From Candidatus Latescibacterota bacterium (lineage in GTDB: Bacteria; Latescibacterota; UBA2968; GCA-2709665), in contig OZ244744.1 of the NCBI GenBank assembly GCA_965219455.1, forward strand, positions 2,560,001 through 2,624,000: a DNA stretch of 64,000 nt. Direction: 5' to 3'. Positions within the stretch are counted from its first letter, which is position 1. Each line of letters begins with the position of its first letter. The notes beneath the pieces were generated by a model. That model saw only the letters and a list, made by a program, of their open reading frames with translations, ran no database searches and was not told the DNA's origin. The position numbers were made by a program, and so were the translations under genes. This document shows positions 21,599 through 31,979 of this stretch, piece after piece.

Positions 21599-22855
21599 CT
21601 ACTCCCATACCGGCCAATCCTGGGCCTGCAGCCGCTTCCACAATCCGTCGAACGCCTCGCTGCCGTCGTCCTCCCACTCGTCCAGCCGCACGCCGGGCGC
21701 AAAGGACTCGTCCACGCCCTGTTTCATCAGCCGTTCCGCCTGTTGCAGATTCCGATAATAATGCTTGACGCCCCCGGGAAGCGTCACCACCGACAGATGC
21801 CTGGGCCATACCGCGGCCGGGGTCTCGCTGTACCTCGCCACGGCCCCTTCATCCAGGATCACTCCCAGGCCGGGCGCCTCCGGGACCTTCATAAAGCCCC
21901 GCTGAATCGGATGCGCGTCCTCGATCAGATCGTCTTCGTAGGCGTGGGCCGCCGTCACCCCCGGCAACGTCGCCGTCGGCATGACAGCGCCCAGTTGAAG
22001 CGCGAACGCCGTCGTAATCCCCGTTCCCACGTATTGCAGCAGGATCGGCGTATTGGCCGCGGCGAACGTCCAGCCCGCCGCCAGCGCATCCCGGACGCAC
22101 TCGTGGCTGCATAGCGCGCCTTCAAAGTCGCCGGCCCGAAGCCCCGTCCATGGCCCGGACGGCTGCCGGGAGGCCGCCTCGGACAGCACGCGCACGCCGT
22201 GCAGATAGAATGGTATGCGGATCTCCCGGTGCAGCCTGCGCCACCCTTCAATATCGTACGCGAAGATCGGTTCTTCCACGCCCTTGACAACGGAAATTTT
22301 CTCCAGCGCCCGTAGCACGGGCAGCGCTTTTTCCACGCAGATCAGTGCGCCGTTGAAGTCGAATTCCACGCGGAAATCCGGCGGCGCCACCTCCTGAATC
22401 GCCCGGGCGCATTCCACCACGTCGCAAAATGCGCGCGCCTTGCACTTCAGCCCACGGTACCCGCGACCCGCCGCCACCCGGACTTCCGCCGCCGTATCCT
22501 CCGGCGACATGCTGGGCATCCACCACCCCATCGAAACCCACTGACGCGCCTGCTGACCCATCACCTTCCACGCGGGCAGACCCAGGTGCTTTCCCATGAG
22601 ATCGTAGCACGCCATATCCAGGTTGAAACGCCCCCGACCCATCACGTGGTCGAAGGGATCCGTCCCCATGTAAGCATCCAGCGCCTCCCGTTCCAACGGC
22701 GGCCCCACATTTTCACCCAGCCCCGCAAGTCCCGTATCCGTGTGAAATTTGTAAACCGTCACCTCCTCCGGCATCGCGAAGTGATGGTATGCCTTCCGAA
22801 TTCGGGCTTCATAGGGAACTCGAAGCGGAATCACCTCAATGTCCGTGATCTTCAT
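21599..22855 (-). CDS. Mandelate racemase/muconate lactonizing enzyme family protein
   Basis: MKITDIEVIPL, TDTGLAGLGE, DMACYDLMGK, KCK, FDFNG, VEEP, PEAPGLGV. Confidence 0.88.
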   Translation of the reverse strand: MKITDIEVIPLRVPYEARIRKAYHHFAMPEEVTVYKFHTDTGLAGLGENVGPPLEREALDAYMGTDPFDHVMGRGRFNLDMACYDLMGKHLGLPAWKVMGQQARQWVSMGWWMPSMSPEDTAAEVRVAAGRGYRGLKCKARAFCDVVECARAIQEVAPPDFRVEFDFNGALICVEKALPVLRALEKISVVKGVEEPIFAYDIEGWRRLHREIRIPFYLHGVRVLSEAASRQPSGPWTGLRAGDFEGALCSHECVRDALAAGWTFAAANTPILLQYVGTGITTAFALQLGAVMPTATLPGVTAAHAYEDDLIEDAHPIQRGFMKVPEAPGLGVILDEGAVARYSETPAAVWPRHLSVVTLPGGVKHYYRNLQQAERLMKQGVDESFAPGVRLDEWEDDGSEAFDGLWKRLQAQDWPVWE

Positions 22856-22918
22856 TGCGAAATTCCTAACCTCTAACGGCCGGTTAAAGGACCATTCGGA
22901 TACGACGTCCTACAACGC

Positions 22919-22947
22919 TTGAATTCCGCCATTTCCGATGGTATATA
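22919..22947 (+). promoter_or_regulatory. Putative sigma70 promoter for the aminotransferase operon
   Basis: TTGAAT-N17-TATATA with a TG extension in the divergent intergenic region. Confidence 0.5.
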
Positions 22948-22956
22948 TAAAAAACA

Positions 22957-23224
22957 GGAGAGACGTAAGACGTGAGACGGAAGAGGGCCACCCCTCACCC
23001 GGTTGGATTTTCCTCTGACTCTCTTTTCACGTTTTCCTTCTCACTGCCTTTTTGATTCAGCGAGAGGCAAGATGCGGTACGTCTACCCATCTCCCAACGT
23101 AAATCGTAACATCTCTCGTGTTCCCCGGGTTGAATCATCCTTGGCTTCCTTTTAGCGAGGGATTCGCGGAGGGTATTTAACGTCCCAGAGTTGCCAACCC
23201 GTCTTACGTCTCCCCTCTTACCGC
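22957..23224. repeat. Segment bounded by inverted heptamer (AGACGT/AGACGG) repeats
   Basis: GGAGAGACGTAAGACGTGAGACGG at left and CCCGTCTTACGTCTCCCC at right; same family as the 33-35.7 kb array. Confidence 0.65.
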
Positions 23225-23242
23225 CTTTAGAAAGGTGTTCCC

Positions 23243-24181
23243 ATGCCTCATCGCCTCGTCTACATCAACGGCAGCTACGTTTCCGAAAGAGACGCCCGAA
23301 TCTCCATCTTCGACTCGGCTCTGATGTTCGGGGACATGGTATTTGAAATGACCCGTTCTTTCAAGCAAAAACCCTACCGCCTGCGCAACCACCTTGACCG
23401 GCTTTACGCGTCCATGAAATACGCCGAAATCGACTGCGGACTGAGCATTGAAGAGATGGAAGCCGCCACCGGGGAGACCATACAACGGAATCTGCCGTCA
23501 CTGGAAGGCCTGGACTACCAGATCATGCACAACGTCACCCGGGGCGCCCTTCCCCTGTACGACACGCTGGTCCGGGAAGGCCTGCGTCCGATCGTCACCA
23601 TCAACGTCATCCCGCTCGTGCGCCACGTCGGCGGCATGGCTCACTATTACGAACAGGGTGCTCATTTTGTCGTCACGCCCCAGCAATCCGTACCCGCCCG
23701 CTACATTGATCCCAAAGCGAAAAACCGGAGCCGGATCTACTACCAGCTCGCCAATCTGCAGGCGCAACGCATGGAGAAAGGCGCCAACGCACTGCTCACC
23801 GACGAGCATGGATTCATCACCGAAGGCACAGGTAACAACGTCTTTATCGTTCTCAATGGCGAAATCCTCACCCCCAAACCCCACGATATCCTGCGCGGCG
23901 TCTCCCGACGGGCCTGCATGGAACTTGCCGAAAAGCTGAACATCCCTGTCCGTGAAGCCAACATCGAACCCTACGACGTGCGCGAAGCCGAAGAAGCGTG
24001 GTACACGTCGACCACCATCTGCATGATTCCCATCACCCGCTTCAACTTTCAGCCGGTAGGCGCCGGCCGTCCCGGTCCGGTGTATCGACGGCTGATCGAA
24101 GCCTGGTCGGAGGAGGTCGGCCTGGACGTCGCCGCACAGGCGCGGGAATACGCGGAACGCGCGAAATCCTGGACTCCCTGA
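23243..24181 (+). CDS. Class IV aminotransferase (branched-chain/D-amino acid type)
   Basis: ISIFDSALMFGDMVFE, HLDRL, DPKAKNRSR, ITEGTGNNVF, ILRGVSR. Confidence 0.92.
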   Translation: MPHRLVYINGSYVSERDARISIFDSALMFGDMVFEMTRSFKQKPYRLRNHLDRLYASMKYAEIDCGLSIEEMEAATGETIQRNLPSLEGLDYQIMHNVTRGALPLYDTLVREGLRPIVTINVIPLVRHVGGMAHYYEQGAHFVVTPQQSVPARYIDPKAKNRSRIYYQLANLQAQRMEKGANALLTDEHGFITEGTGNNVFIVLNGEILTPKPHDILRGVSRRACMELAEKLNIPVREANIEPYDVREAEEAWYTSTTICMIPITRFNFQPVGAGRPGPVYRRLIEAWSEEVGLDVAAQAREYAERAKSWTP

Positions 24182-24256
24182 TCCCCCGGCGTTTGAACCG
24201 TACGGCGCCGATCCTCGCGGGCCCTTCGTCCAAATCCATCACACGGAGCCACACCA

Positions 24257-25240
24257 ATGCCTTCCTACCGCGCGGCCCTGATCGGTTGCGGCAACATCTC
24301 CGGCCGGCATGCAAGGGCATACCTGGAACAGGGCAACGTCCAGCTTGCTGCCGCCTGCGACGTCAACCCGGAAAACCTCAATAGAACCTGCGACCAATTC
24401 GACATCTCGGGTCGATACGCGTCCCACCAGGACCTCTTCAGGCACGAGCGCGAAATCGATCTCGTCAGCGTATGCACCTACCCGAAGGTCCACGCCGAAC
24501 AGACAATCGCCGCCGCGGCTGCCGGCGCAAAGGCCGTACTTTGCGAAAAACCCATGTGCCTGAGCCTGGACGAAGCCGACGGCATGATCCACGCCTGCCG
24601 GCAGAATAATACGCGGCTGGTCATTGCCCATCGCCACCGCCAGAGCCCCAACTTCAATAAAGCGCGCCGTCTGATCGCGGAGGGCGCCGTTGGAAAACCC
24701 CGCCTCGTCTGGTGTTATCTCACCAGTTGCCTTGTGGACAACGGTACCCACATTGTCGACATGATGCGCTACCTTCTGGGCGACCCGGAGGCGGACTGGG
24801 TGATGGGCCAGGCGTCCCGGAAACGCGGCACCCTGTATCAGGGTTCGCCCGCCGAAGAATCGAGCATGGGGCTTGTCGCCTTCAAGACCGGGACCCGCGC
24901 CCTTGTCGAAATGGGCGAAAAGACACCAAAAGACGGGTTCCGCTTTCGCGTTCTGGGCAGGGACGCAACGATAGACGCCGCCCTGGACGAAGTGATCCTC
25001 ACGGATAAAAACGGCATCACAAGCTTTCGCGAGGAACCCAAACCCGGCTTCTTTGAACAAACACGTGAAATGATCGCCTGGATGGAAGGCGGACCCGAGC
25101 ACCGGAGTTCAGGCGAAAAAGGCCGCGCCGCAACCGAACTCCTGATGGCCATGCACGAATCCGCCCGTATTCGCGAGCTTATCGAACTGCCCCTCAACAT
25201 CGGTTATGATCCGATGAAAAAGCGGGCGGAGGAAAATTAA
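24257..25240 (+). CDS. Gfo/Idh/MocA family oxidoreductase
   Basis: ALIGCGNIS, DLVSVCT, LCEKPM, DNGTHIVD. Confidence 0.92.
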   Translation: MPSYRAALIGCGNISGRHARAYLEQGNVQLAAACDVNPENLNRTCDQFDISGRYASHQDLFRHEREIDLVSVCTYPKVHAEQTIAAAAAGAKAVLCEKPMCLSLDEADGMIHACRQNNTRLVIAHRHRQSPNFNKARRLIAEGAVGKPRLVWCYLTSCLVDNGTHIVDMMRYLLGDPEADWVMGQASRKRGTLYQGSPAEESSMGLVAFKTGTRALVEMGEKTPKDGFRFRVLGRDATIDAALDEVILTDKNGITSFREEPKPGFFEQTREMIAWMEGGPEHRSSGEKGRAATELLMAMHESARIRELIELPLNIGYDPMKKRAEEN

Positions 25241-25340
25241 GCAATCAGCAGGCAGCTTTCAGCCGTCAGCTTGAAGCAAAACCAAATTCAACATCTACCC
25301 GAATTCCCCGCCGCCACCGGGCATCGTTACGGCCTGGCGA

Positions 25341-25404
25341 GGGCAACCACAAGGGTTGCCCCTACGAATGCAGACCCCGGCGCGGTGTTCTCGCCCCGGG
25401 GTCT
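25341..25404. repeat. GTAG-type REP-like palindrome plus GC hairpin between convergent genes
   Basis: Minus strand GTAGGGGCAACCCTTGTGGTTGCCC; AGACCCCGG...CCGGGGTCT hairpin at 25372-25404. Confidence 0.6.
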
Positions 25405-25444
25405 GATCCGTTCCGCATGGAGGGCCTGAACCCGGCCCAGGCTC

Positions 25445-27199
25445 TCAACGCCTGGACGGCGTGCCCTTAGGGGTCGCCCCGGTGTAAAGCCCACCCTGAC
25501 TCCGGTCGTAAACGACCTCGATGCTTCCGTTCTCGGATACCAGCCGCGGCACGTTGCTGCCCTTCTCGTCGCGGTCCGGCCCCCGCATCACCGCCAGCTG
25601 TGCCTCACCCATCCCCTCCAGAAGATCTCCCCATCGCTCCTCCGGGGTCGCCATTGCCGCCCCCCCGTTGAAGTGCCGAGAGGAGTACCGCGTGAGAATG
25701 ACGCGGCGCGGGACGTCGCTCTTCCACGCCAATGCGCCGTGGGCCTGCGGGCCGTCCATAAAAAAGATGACGTCCCCGGCCTTTGTCAGTGGATGAATGA
25801 CAAGCCCCATGTCCTCGTCGCAGGTCCACACGCCCCTGGGGATGCCGTACTGCGCCTTGTGGCTTCCCGGCACGCAGGCAAACCCCCCGTCGTTTTCGGT
25901 GACGTCCCGCAATTGCCAGGCCACCGCAACGGATGGGCCCCCCAGCGCATAGCTGCGGCCATTCTGGAAGGTATAGTTGCGAGACGGACTCAACGGCTCG
26001 TTGCCGCCATGAAGAAAATGTCCGGCGCCTCCCCTGCCCGTACAGATCGCCTCAAAGCCCGTACACCGGAAGCCCTTCCCGCCCATCCAGGTGAGGCGGT
26101 GTACCACTGCCGGGTGGGCGAGCATCTTCCGGAACGGTTCACAGTAGGGCCTGGGCATTTCATGCAGGCCCGTCATGGTGGGCCGCCCGGTTCCGGCCAG
26201 GCTCGTTGACCCCTTGGCCAGATCTACGCTTTCAACCACGATGCGGTCCGTAAACCGGTCGATCGCCTCGTTCGCCAGCGCCAGGTCTTCCGGAGTCATC
26301 ACGTTTCGGAGGACGAGATGACCGCACAGGTCCCAGAAATAGAACTCCTTCTCGTCGATGTTCGAATCCGGATTCCTGATATAGATGGAAGGGTGGGACA
26401 GGTCGGGTTCCGGGTCCACCCGACAGGTCTCTCCATCCGAGCTGAGCGTGGGAGGCGGGTCCGTATCCCCGTATCCCGGCTTGTGCAGCATAACACGCTG
26501 CTCCGGCGTCAATTCCGCCATCCATTCCGGCTGGTCCTCCCGTCGGGTCTTCGGTCCGGTGCCAGTGGATTGCACCGCCGCGTGCCCCGCGTATTTGTAC
26601 GTGAGCAGCCGCTGCGCGTGCTCCCCTGTTCCGGGACGTACGCCCTGAAGCAGGGTCGCCGCGCACAGCAGCAGGTCGCCCGCCTTCAGCACCGGCTGCA
26701 CGGTCAGTCCCAGGTCGTCCCTCCCGTTCAGCACGTCTTCGGGGGTTCCCACGTTGCTTTTGTGGCTGCACGGGATCAGCGAAAACCCGCCGTCTCCCGC
26801 GCTCGTGTCGGACAACGCCCAGATGGCGTGTAATCCCTGGCAATGCCGGCGGCCGTTGAGGATGTAGTAGGCCCGCCCGGCGTCCATCGGTTCATTGCCG
26901 CCAACGAGGCCGCCGTCAGTCCCATCGGCTTTGCCGATCAGCTCCGGTTCCCGGTCCAGCCGGAAACCATATCCGATGAGCTGGTTCAGGTACCCAACCA
27001 GCACGGGATGGACCATCAGGTCCCGGAACGGCTCCCTATGTGGCGCGGGCCATCCCAGCATCCCACTCACGCGGTCCTCGCGCTCGAGCGCCCGATTGCA
27101 GGCCTCGACCTCTTTGGGAGTCAAAACGCCCCGTAAGATCAGGTAGCCCGAAATATCGAAACAGTAGTTCTCCTCGTGGCTCATCTCCTCCCGGTCCAT
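25445..27199 (-). CDS. Tandem two-domain phytanoyl-CoA dioxygenase (PhyH) family protein
   Basis: Two repeats: YCFDISGYLILRGVL / YFWDLCGHLVLRNVM, GGFSLIPCSHKS / GGFACVPGSHKA, KAGD. Confidence 0.88.
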   Translation of the reverse strand: MDREEMSHEENYCFDISGYLILRGVLTPKEVEACNRALEREDRVSGMLGWPAPHREPFRDLMVHPVLVGYLNQLIGYGFRLDREPELIGKADGTDGGLVGGNEPMDAGRAYYILNGRRHCQGLHAIWALSDTSAGDGGFSLIPCSHKSNVGTPEDVLNGRDDLGLTVQPVLKAGDLLLCAATLLQGVRPGTGEHAQRLLTYKYAGHAAVQSTGTGPKTRREDQPEWMAELTPEQRVMLHKPGYGDTDPPPTLSSDGETCRVDPEPDLSHPSIYIRNPDSNIDEKEFYFWDLCGHLVLRNVMTPEDLALANEAIDRFTDRIVVESVDLAKGSTSLAGTGRPTMTGLHEMPRPYCEPFRKMLAHPAVVHRLTWMGGKGFRCTGFEAICTGRGGAGHFLHGGNEPLSPSRNYTFQNGRSYALGGPSVAVAWQLRDVTENDGGFACVPGSHKAQYGIPRGVWTCDEDMGLVIHPLTKAGDVIFFMDGPQAHGALAWKSDVPRRVILTRYSSRHFNGGAAMATPEERWGDLLEGMGEAQLAVMRGPDRDEKGSNVPRLVSENGSIEVVYDRSQGGLYTGATPKGTPSRR

Positions 27200-27549
27200 T
27201 TCTTACCTCCTCTATGTTGTACAATCGCCAGAAAACGACGCAAACTGCAGGTGTCATGGTACTGTTGGAAATCCAAAGGTGTCAACAGAAAAATGGACGC
27301 GCCTCGCGTGAGCGCTCGCTTTACACCCGGTGGAACGTCGCTGCGTCGCCCCCGCATCGACCCCGGGCGCGACCGTTCCGGTTATCGACACTTCTCACCT
27401 CAACGGTCACGTGGCAGCCTGCAGGGGTCGCCACGAAAAGTGTTATCTATGTGCCCGAACAGATGTTACCCTACGTAGCGGTCAGGGGTCAGCCAAAGGC
27501 AATAGGGGAAAGTCAAAATCAAAATCCACCTTTCCACAAATTCCCTGCC

Positions 27550-28187
27550 TACGGCGTGTTCCTTTTGACGCGACCAAAAGGAACCAAAAGTCGCCGCTGG
27601 GCGCGGGGCCTGTTTTATGCATGGCGCGAATTACTTCACGGGACCCACCCAATCCGCTGCCCTGCCAACCACGGAGGAAATCGTAATTTGGAGCGGGACG
27701 GAAAAACGCGCCCTGCTCTGGTAGTCCTCTCAAGAGGCATCGTGTTAGAGAACGGTGTGGTTTCCTGGGGGTGAGGAGCGATCAGCGGTCAGCATTTGGC
27801 AGATAACTATCGGCATACAGCAAAGAGCGGTACAAGCGCCATTCCGCTCGCCAGAACTTCAAGGAATAACTAATGACCGGACGGAGGTGGAGCGGGGGGT
27901 TTGTTCGCGGCAATAAGCGCGCCGCTCACCAGCAGCCTCGGACGCCAGAACCAGGCGTCCCCTGCTGTTCCGATGAATCGCCGGAACAACAGGTCACCCG
28001 CTGCGCGGGCGGAGGCAGGTTCTCCGTGTTAGTCCGTCCATTACCGTTGTATGGGTACGCCTCGGGTGCTCATAGGCCACCCGATTTCCAATTCCACTAC
28101 TGAGGAAATTCACGGAAAAACCGGCCCCGCGCCGAGCGGCGCCGTTCTTTTTGGCCCTTTTTCTTTGGCGAGAAAGAAAAAGGGCGT
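27550..28187. repeat. Inverted pair of dispersed palindromic repeats bounding ~640 bp (MITE-like)
   Basis: TTCCTTTTG..CAAAAGGAA..CGCCGCTGGGCGCGGGGCC at left and GGCCCCGCGCCGAGCGGCG..hairpin at right, in opposite orientation. Confidence 0.55.
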
Positions 28188-28296
28188 AAGAATAGAAAAA
28201 TTAAAGATTTAGTTCCACATTAACCCATCAACCGGCCTCACTACATTCTTCTTACCTCTTCCTTCGTCCCGCTAACCGATTTAAAAAGGAGTTACC

Positions 28297-29259
28297 ATGA
28301 CAGATCTGAAAGCGGCGGTTATCGGCTGCGGCGGCCACGCCCAGTCACACCTCAAGATGATTGCCGACGAGCCACGCCTTCAGCTGGCGGGCATCGCGGA
28401 ACTCGACGGGGAGCGTCTGCGAAAAAACAGGGCGGAATGGGCGCCGGACCTGGCCTCTACGGACTACCGGCAGATGCTCGACGCGTGCCGGCCGGATATG
28501 GTCTACGTCGTCACGGACCCCGGTCATCTGCTGCCCATCGTGCTCGATTGCCTGGAACGCGGTATTCACACGTCGGTGGAGAAGTCGCCCGGGATGAACA
28601 CCGATGAGACCGAGCAGATGGCGCGGGCCGCCCGGCAGAGCGCGGGCAAGGCGATCGTGTCGTTCAACCGTCGATACTATCCCCATGTGCTGGCCGTCCG
28701 GCGGCGTATCCAGGCGGGCGGGGGCGCGGTTCACGTCGCGGCTACGTACAACAAGCCGTTGACCCGGTTCAAGGACGCAACGCCGGATCCGGTGATCTGG
28801 GACGCCATCCACCACGTGGACCTGATCCGCTGGTTGGCGGGCCGCGGCGCCACGGAAGCGGCGATACCGGTTGAGGTGCGGGGAATGGTACAGGACGGCG
28901 AGCGCCCCGTATGCCATCGTCACAACGCCGTCATTCGCTTCGACACGGGCGCATTCGGCGTGCTGATGAGCCACTACGGCGTGGGCTATCGGATCCAGCG
29001 GGCTGAAGTGCACGCGGAGGACCTGTCGGTTTATCTCGATCTGACGAGAGCGCCGCGGGTGGAGGGATATGAGCGGGGCGAGGCGTTTTCGGTGGGGGAC
29101 GACGAAATCGAGGCCGTGGGCGGGGCCGGCTTCAACGAGATCGTCCACTTCGTCGACTGCATTCTGGAAGACCGCAAGCCATGGTCAACCCTGGACGACG
29201 CGGTGCAGACCATGCGCCTGTGCGAGGCCATCCGCGCCGGACACCAGGGGCCTCTGTAG
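28297..29259 (+). CDS. Gfo/Idh/MocA family oxidoreductase
   Basis: AVIGCGGHA, VEKSPG, FNRRY, DAIHHVD. Confidence 0.92.
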   Translation: MTDLKAAVIGCGGHAQSHLKMIADEPRLQLAGIAELDGERLRKNRAEWAPDLASTDYRQMLDACRPDMVYVVTDPGHLLPIVLDCLERGIHTSVEKSPGMNTDETEQMARAARQSAGKAIVSFNRRYYPHVLAVRRRIQAGGGAVHVAATYNKPLTRFKDATPDPVIWDAIHHVDLIRWLAGRGATEAAIPVEVRGMVQDGERPVCHRHNAVIRFDTGAFGVLMSHYGVGYRIQRAEVHAEDLSVYLDLTRAPRVEGYERGEAFSVGDDEIEAVGGAGFNEIVHFVDCILEDRKPWSTLDDAVQTMRLCEAIRAGHQGPL

Positions 29260-29341
29260 GGACACAGGTATCGTAAAGATTGGGATGAGGAGGTGAGTCA
29301 TCCACGATGGTCGGCTGCTGCTTCACGCCACGCAGTGCGCG

Positions 29342-31741
29342 TTACTCATACCTAAGCGCGTCCACGGGATTTGCCAGCGCGGCTTTCATGGACTGGACGC
29401 CCACGGTGAGCAGGGCAATCACGAGCGCAAGAATGCCGCATAGAATAAAGACTTCCGGTTCAGGATGGATCCGATAGGCGAAATTCTGCAGCCACCCGTT
29501 CATCACGTAGTAGGCCACCGGCCAGGCCAGCAGATTTGCGACCAGAACAAGCTTCGCGAATTCGGCCGAAAGCAGGAGTGCGAGGCGGGAGGCCGAACCG
29601 CCGAGGGCCTTGCGGATTCCGACCTCTTTGGTTCGCCGTGTAACGGAAAGAGACGCCAGCCCGAGAAGCCCCAGACAGGAAATCAGGATCGCGAACAGAA
29701 ACGTATATCCCGTGATTCTGAACCATCGATCTTCATTCCGGTACTGTCGGGCGAGATTATCTTCCAGGAAAGAATAATGAAAAGGCTCGTCCGACGCCAC
29801 ACTCTCCCACGTCTTCTGCAGAAAGGTGATCGTACCGGCAATGTCCTCGGGATGGATCCGGATAAGAACGAACGGCCCAGAAAAACCCGATCCAGTGTGC
29901 AGCACTAACGGTTTGATTCCCTGATGCATGGAATCGAAATGGAAATCCCTCACAACGCCGACGACGGTCGGTTTACCAAGTGCGATCAGTTTTTTCAGCG
30001 GCTTTCCGATGGGATCCTCCCATCCGAGCATTCCGGCCAGTTTCTCGTTCACAAGCGCGGTTACCCTCTGACCAGGCGCGGACGGCGATGATATATTCCG
30101 TCCTGCAACAAGCTGGATGTTAAGGGTCTCGAGAAAATCGGGATCAATCCGGATCACTCGAACCCCAAAGCGTTTTCCCTTTTCCGTTTCGATGCCTAAC
30201 GTGGCATCTCCGGTCGTAAACGCACGGTCGCTGACGGTTGCGCTGATTACTCGATGAGATCTAAGGACCTCTACTTTGTAAAGCTCACAATCGTCGTCCG
30301 AAACGGGAACAACCACTACTTGATCTCTGCGGTACCCCAAATCCTTTTTTCTCAGGTAGTTGAGCTGTTGAAACATTAAGGCTGCGCCGATCATCAGAGC
30401 TATCGACAGAGCGAATTGCACGACCACCAGCGCCCTCGAACCTGTGTTTCGCCTCCCAATCCGCGCGTGGCCCTTGAGCACGTCTACTGTCTGGAGCCGA
30501 GACAGTACCAAAGCCGGATAACTGCCTGCCGCCAGTCCAACAATGCACACCATACCCAAAAGCGCCAGCACTGTTCCCCAATCTTCCAGGTGTGGAATGC
30601 TCAAATTCTTGCGCGCAAGTTCATTGAAAACGGGCAGAAACATCTCCGCCAGAGCAATTCCCATCGCCAACGCAATAAGGCTCAAGAGTAACGCCTCGCT
30701 CCAGAACTGCCACATCAGTTGCCTCCGCTGTGCCCCCAGCACCCTTCGCATGCCCACCTCTGACGCCCGCCCGATCGACCGACCTGCCGCCAGGGTCACA
30801 TAGTTTATGCATGCGACTGAAAGTACAAGAATCGCGAGCCCGGAAAGCAGGTACGAATAGACAACTTTGCCGCTGGCTTCGTAACTATTCTTAATGCCGT
30901 CAGAATCCAAATAGACGTCACGTAGCGGCTGGAGGCGCAGCAAGAACCCGTCCTCAGTATTCCTTACGCGACCGCGCGATTTGAAATGTCTGATTCTATC
31001 TTTCAGGTGTTTTTCAGCAAAGGGAGGAAACGCCCTCTCCATCGCTTCCGCATCCTGTATTTCCACAAGTTCCACGTACACAGCAGTCTTTCCGCCGGTC
31101 CAATCCACGATGGCGGGATAATTCATGTGGTGCTCGACCGGTATCAGGAAACTGAAATTCAGGCTGGAGTTCTCGGGGACGTCCCGCATGACACCTGCAA
31201 CGGTAAATTCGTGATCTCCCAGCAACAGTGGTTTTTCCAGAGCTGCTGCATAATCGTCTCCAGGATTCCCGAATAGCTTACGAGCGACGGTCTCGCTGAT
31301 CACCACACCGTCCGGCCGCCGAAGTGCCGTCGCAGGGTCTCCAGCAAGGAGTGGGAATGAGAACATCTTCAGAAAGTCGGCGTCCACCAGGCCGAAGGAT
31401 TCTTGAAAGTAGATCTCCTGATACGAGACCTGCGTATGGGAGCGAATGAATCCGGTCGCCCTCACGAACCCCGGGAATTCCTCCTTCAGCGATGCTGCAA
31501 GAGACGCAGGGTGAAGAGTGGAAAATCCGACACTGCCGTCAGGCCTGGTTTCCCGCACGATCACCCGGAAGATTCGGTCGGCATTCTCGTGGAAGGCATC
31601 GTGTTGCCATTCGTGCCGGACGTACAGGAAGATCAGTATGCAACACGCAAGGCCGATCGCCAGTCCGAACACGTTAACAAACGCATACAGCTTCTGGCGG
31701 AGCACATTTCGCACGGCCACGATCAGGTAGTTCCGGAACAT
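29342..31741 (-). CDS. ABC transporter permease, duplicated MacB_PCD/FtsX type
   Basis: MFRNYLIVAVRN, ACINY, EVGMRRVLGA, VVGVVRDFHFDS, RTKEVGIRKALG, ANPVDALRYE. Confidence 0.95.
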   Translation of the reverse strand: MFRNYLIVAVRNVLRQKLYAFVNVFGLAIGLACCILIFLYVRHEWQHDAFHENADRIFRVIVRETRPDGSVGFSTLHPASLAASLKEEFPGFVRATGFIRSHTQVSYQEIYFQESFGLVDADFLKMFSFPLLAGDPATALRRPDGVVISETVARKLFGNPGDDYAAALEKPLLLGDHEFTVAGVMRDVPENSSLNFSFLIPVEHHMNYPAIVDWTGGKTAVYVELVEIQDAEAMERAFPPFAEKHLKDRIRHFKSRGRVRNTEDGFLLRLQPLRDVYLDSDGIKNSYEASGKVVYSYLLSGLAILVLSVACINYVTLAAGRSIGRASEVGMRRVLGAQRRQLMWQFWSEALLLSLIALAMGIALAEMFLPVFNELARKNLSIPHLEDWGTVLALLGMVCIVGLAAGSYPALVLSRLQTVDVLKGHARIGRRNTGSRALVVVQFALSIALMIGAALMFQQLNYLRKKDLGYRRDQVVVVPVSDDDCELYKVEVLRSHRVISATVSDRAFTTGDATLGIETEKGKRFGVRVIRIDPDFLETLNIQLVAGRNISSPSAPGQRVTALVNEKLAGMLGWEDPIGKPLKKLIALGKPTVVGVVRDFHFDSMHQGIKPLVLHTGSGFSGPFVLIRIHPEDIAGTITFLQKTWESVASDEPFHYSFLEDNLARQYRNEDRWFRITGYTFLFAILISCLGLLGLASLSVTRRTKEVGIRKALGGSASRLALLLSAEFAKLVLVANLLAWPVAYYVMNGWLQNFAYRIHPEPEVFILCGILALVIALLTVGVQSMKAALANPVDALRYE

Positions 31742-31979
31742 CCGATTCTCTCAGTGGATTTGAAGAGTGAGGCGAACTTTCAACGGATGGATGGAATCGA
31801 ACTGGTTGCGACTATCACATTGGCTGGTATAGACCGCATAACGCACAGTCGGTTTGACGATTAACCCGGATTGGGGGTCCTACGGTAAGACTTCAACGTC
31901 AGATTCGTCCATATTGACTCACGCTGCTTGCATAAAGAAAGGCGCTGAAATCCCCCCACCGCATCAGCCTTCGCCGGCC

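Noticed and set aside
13400-29300. Long antisense and alternate-frame ORFs (e.g. 15497-16780, 18925-20289, 24239-25102)
   Set aside because: Shadow ORFs of GC-rich genes that have recognisable products on the other strand.
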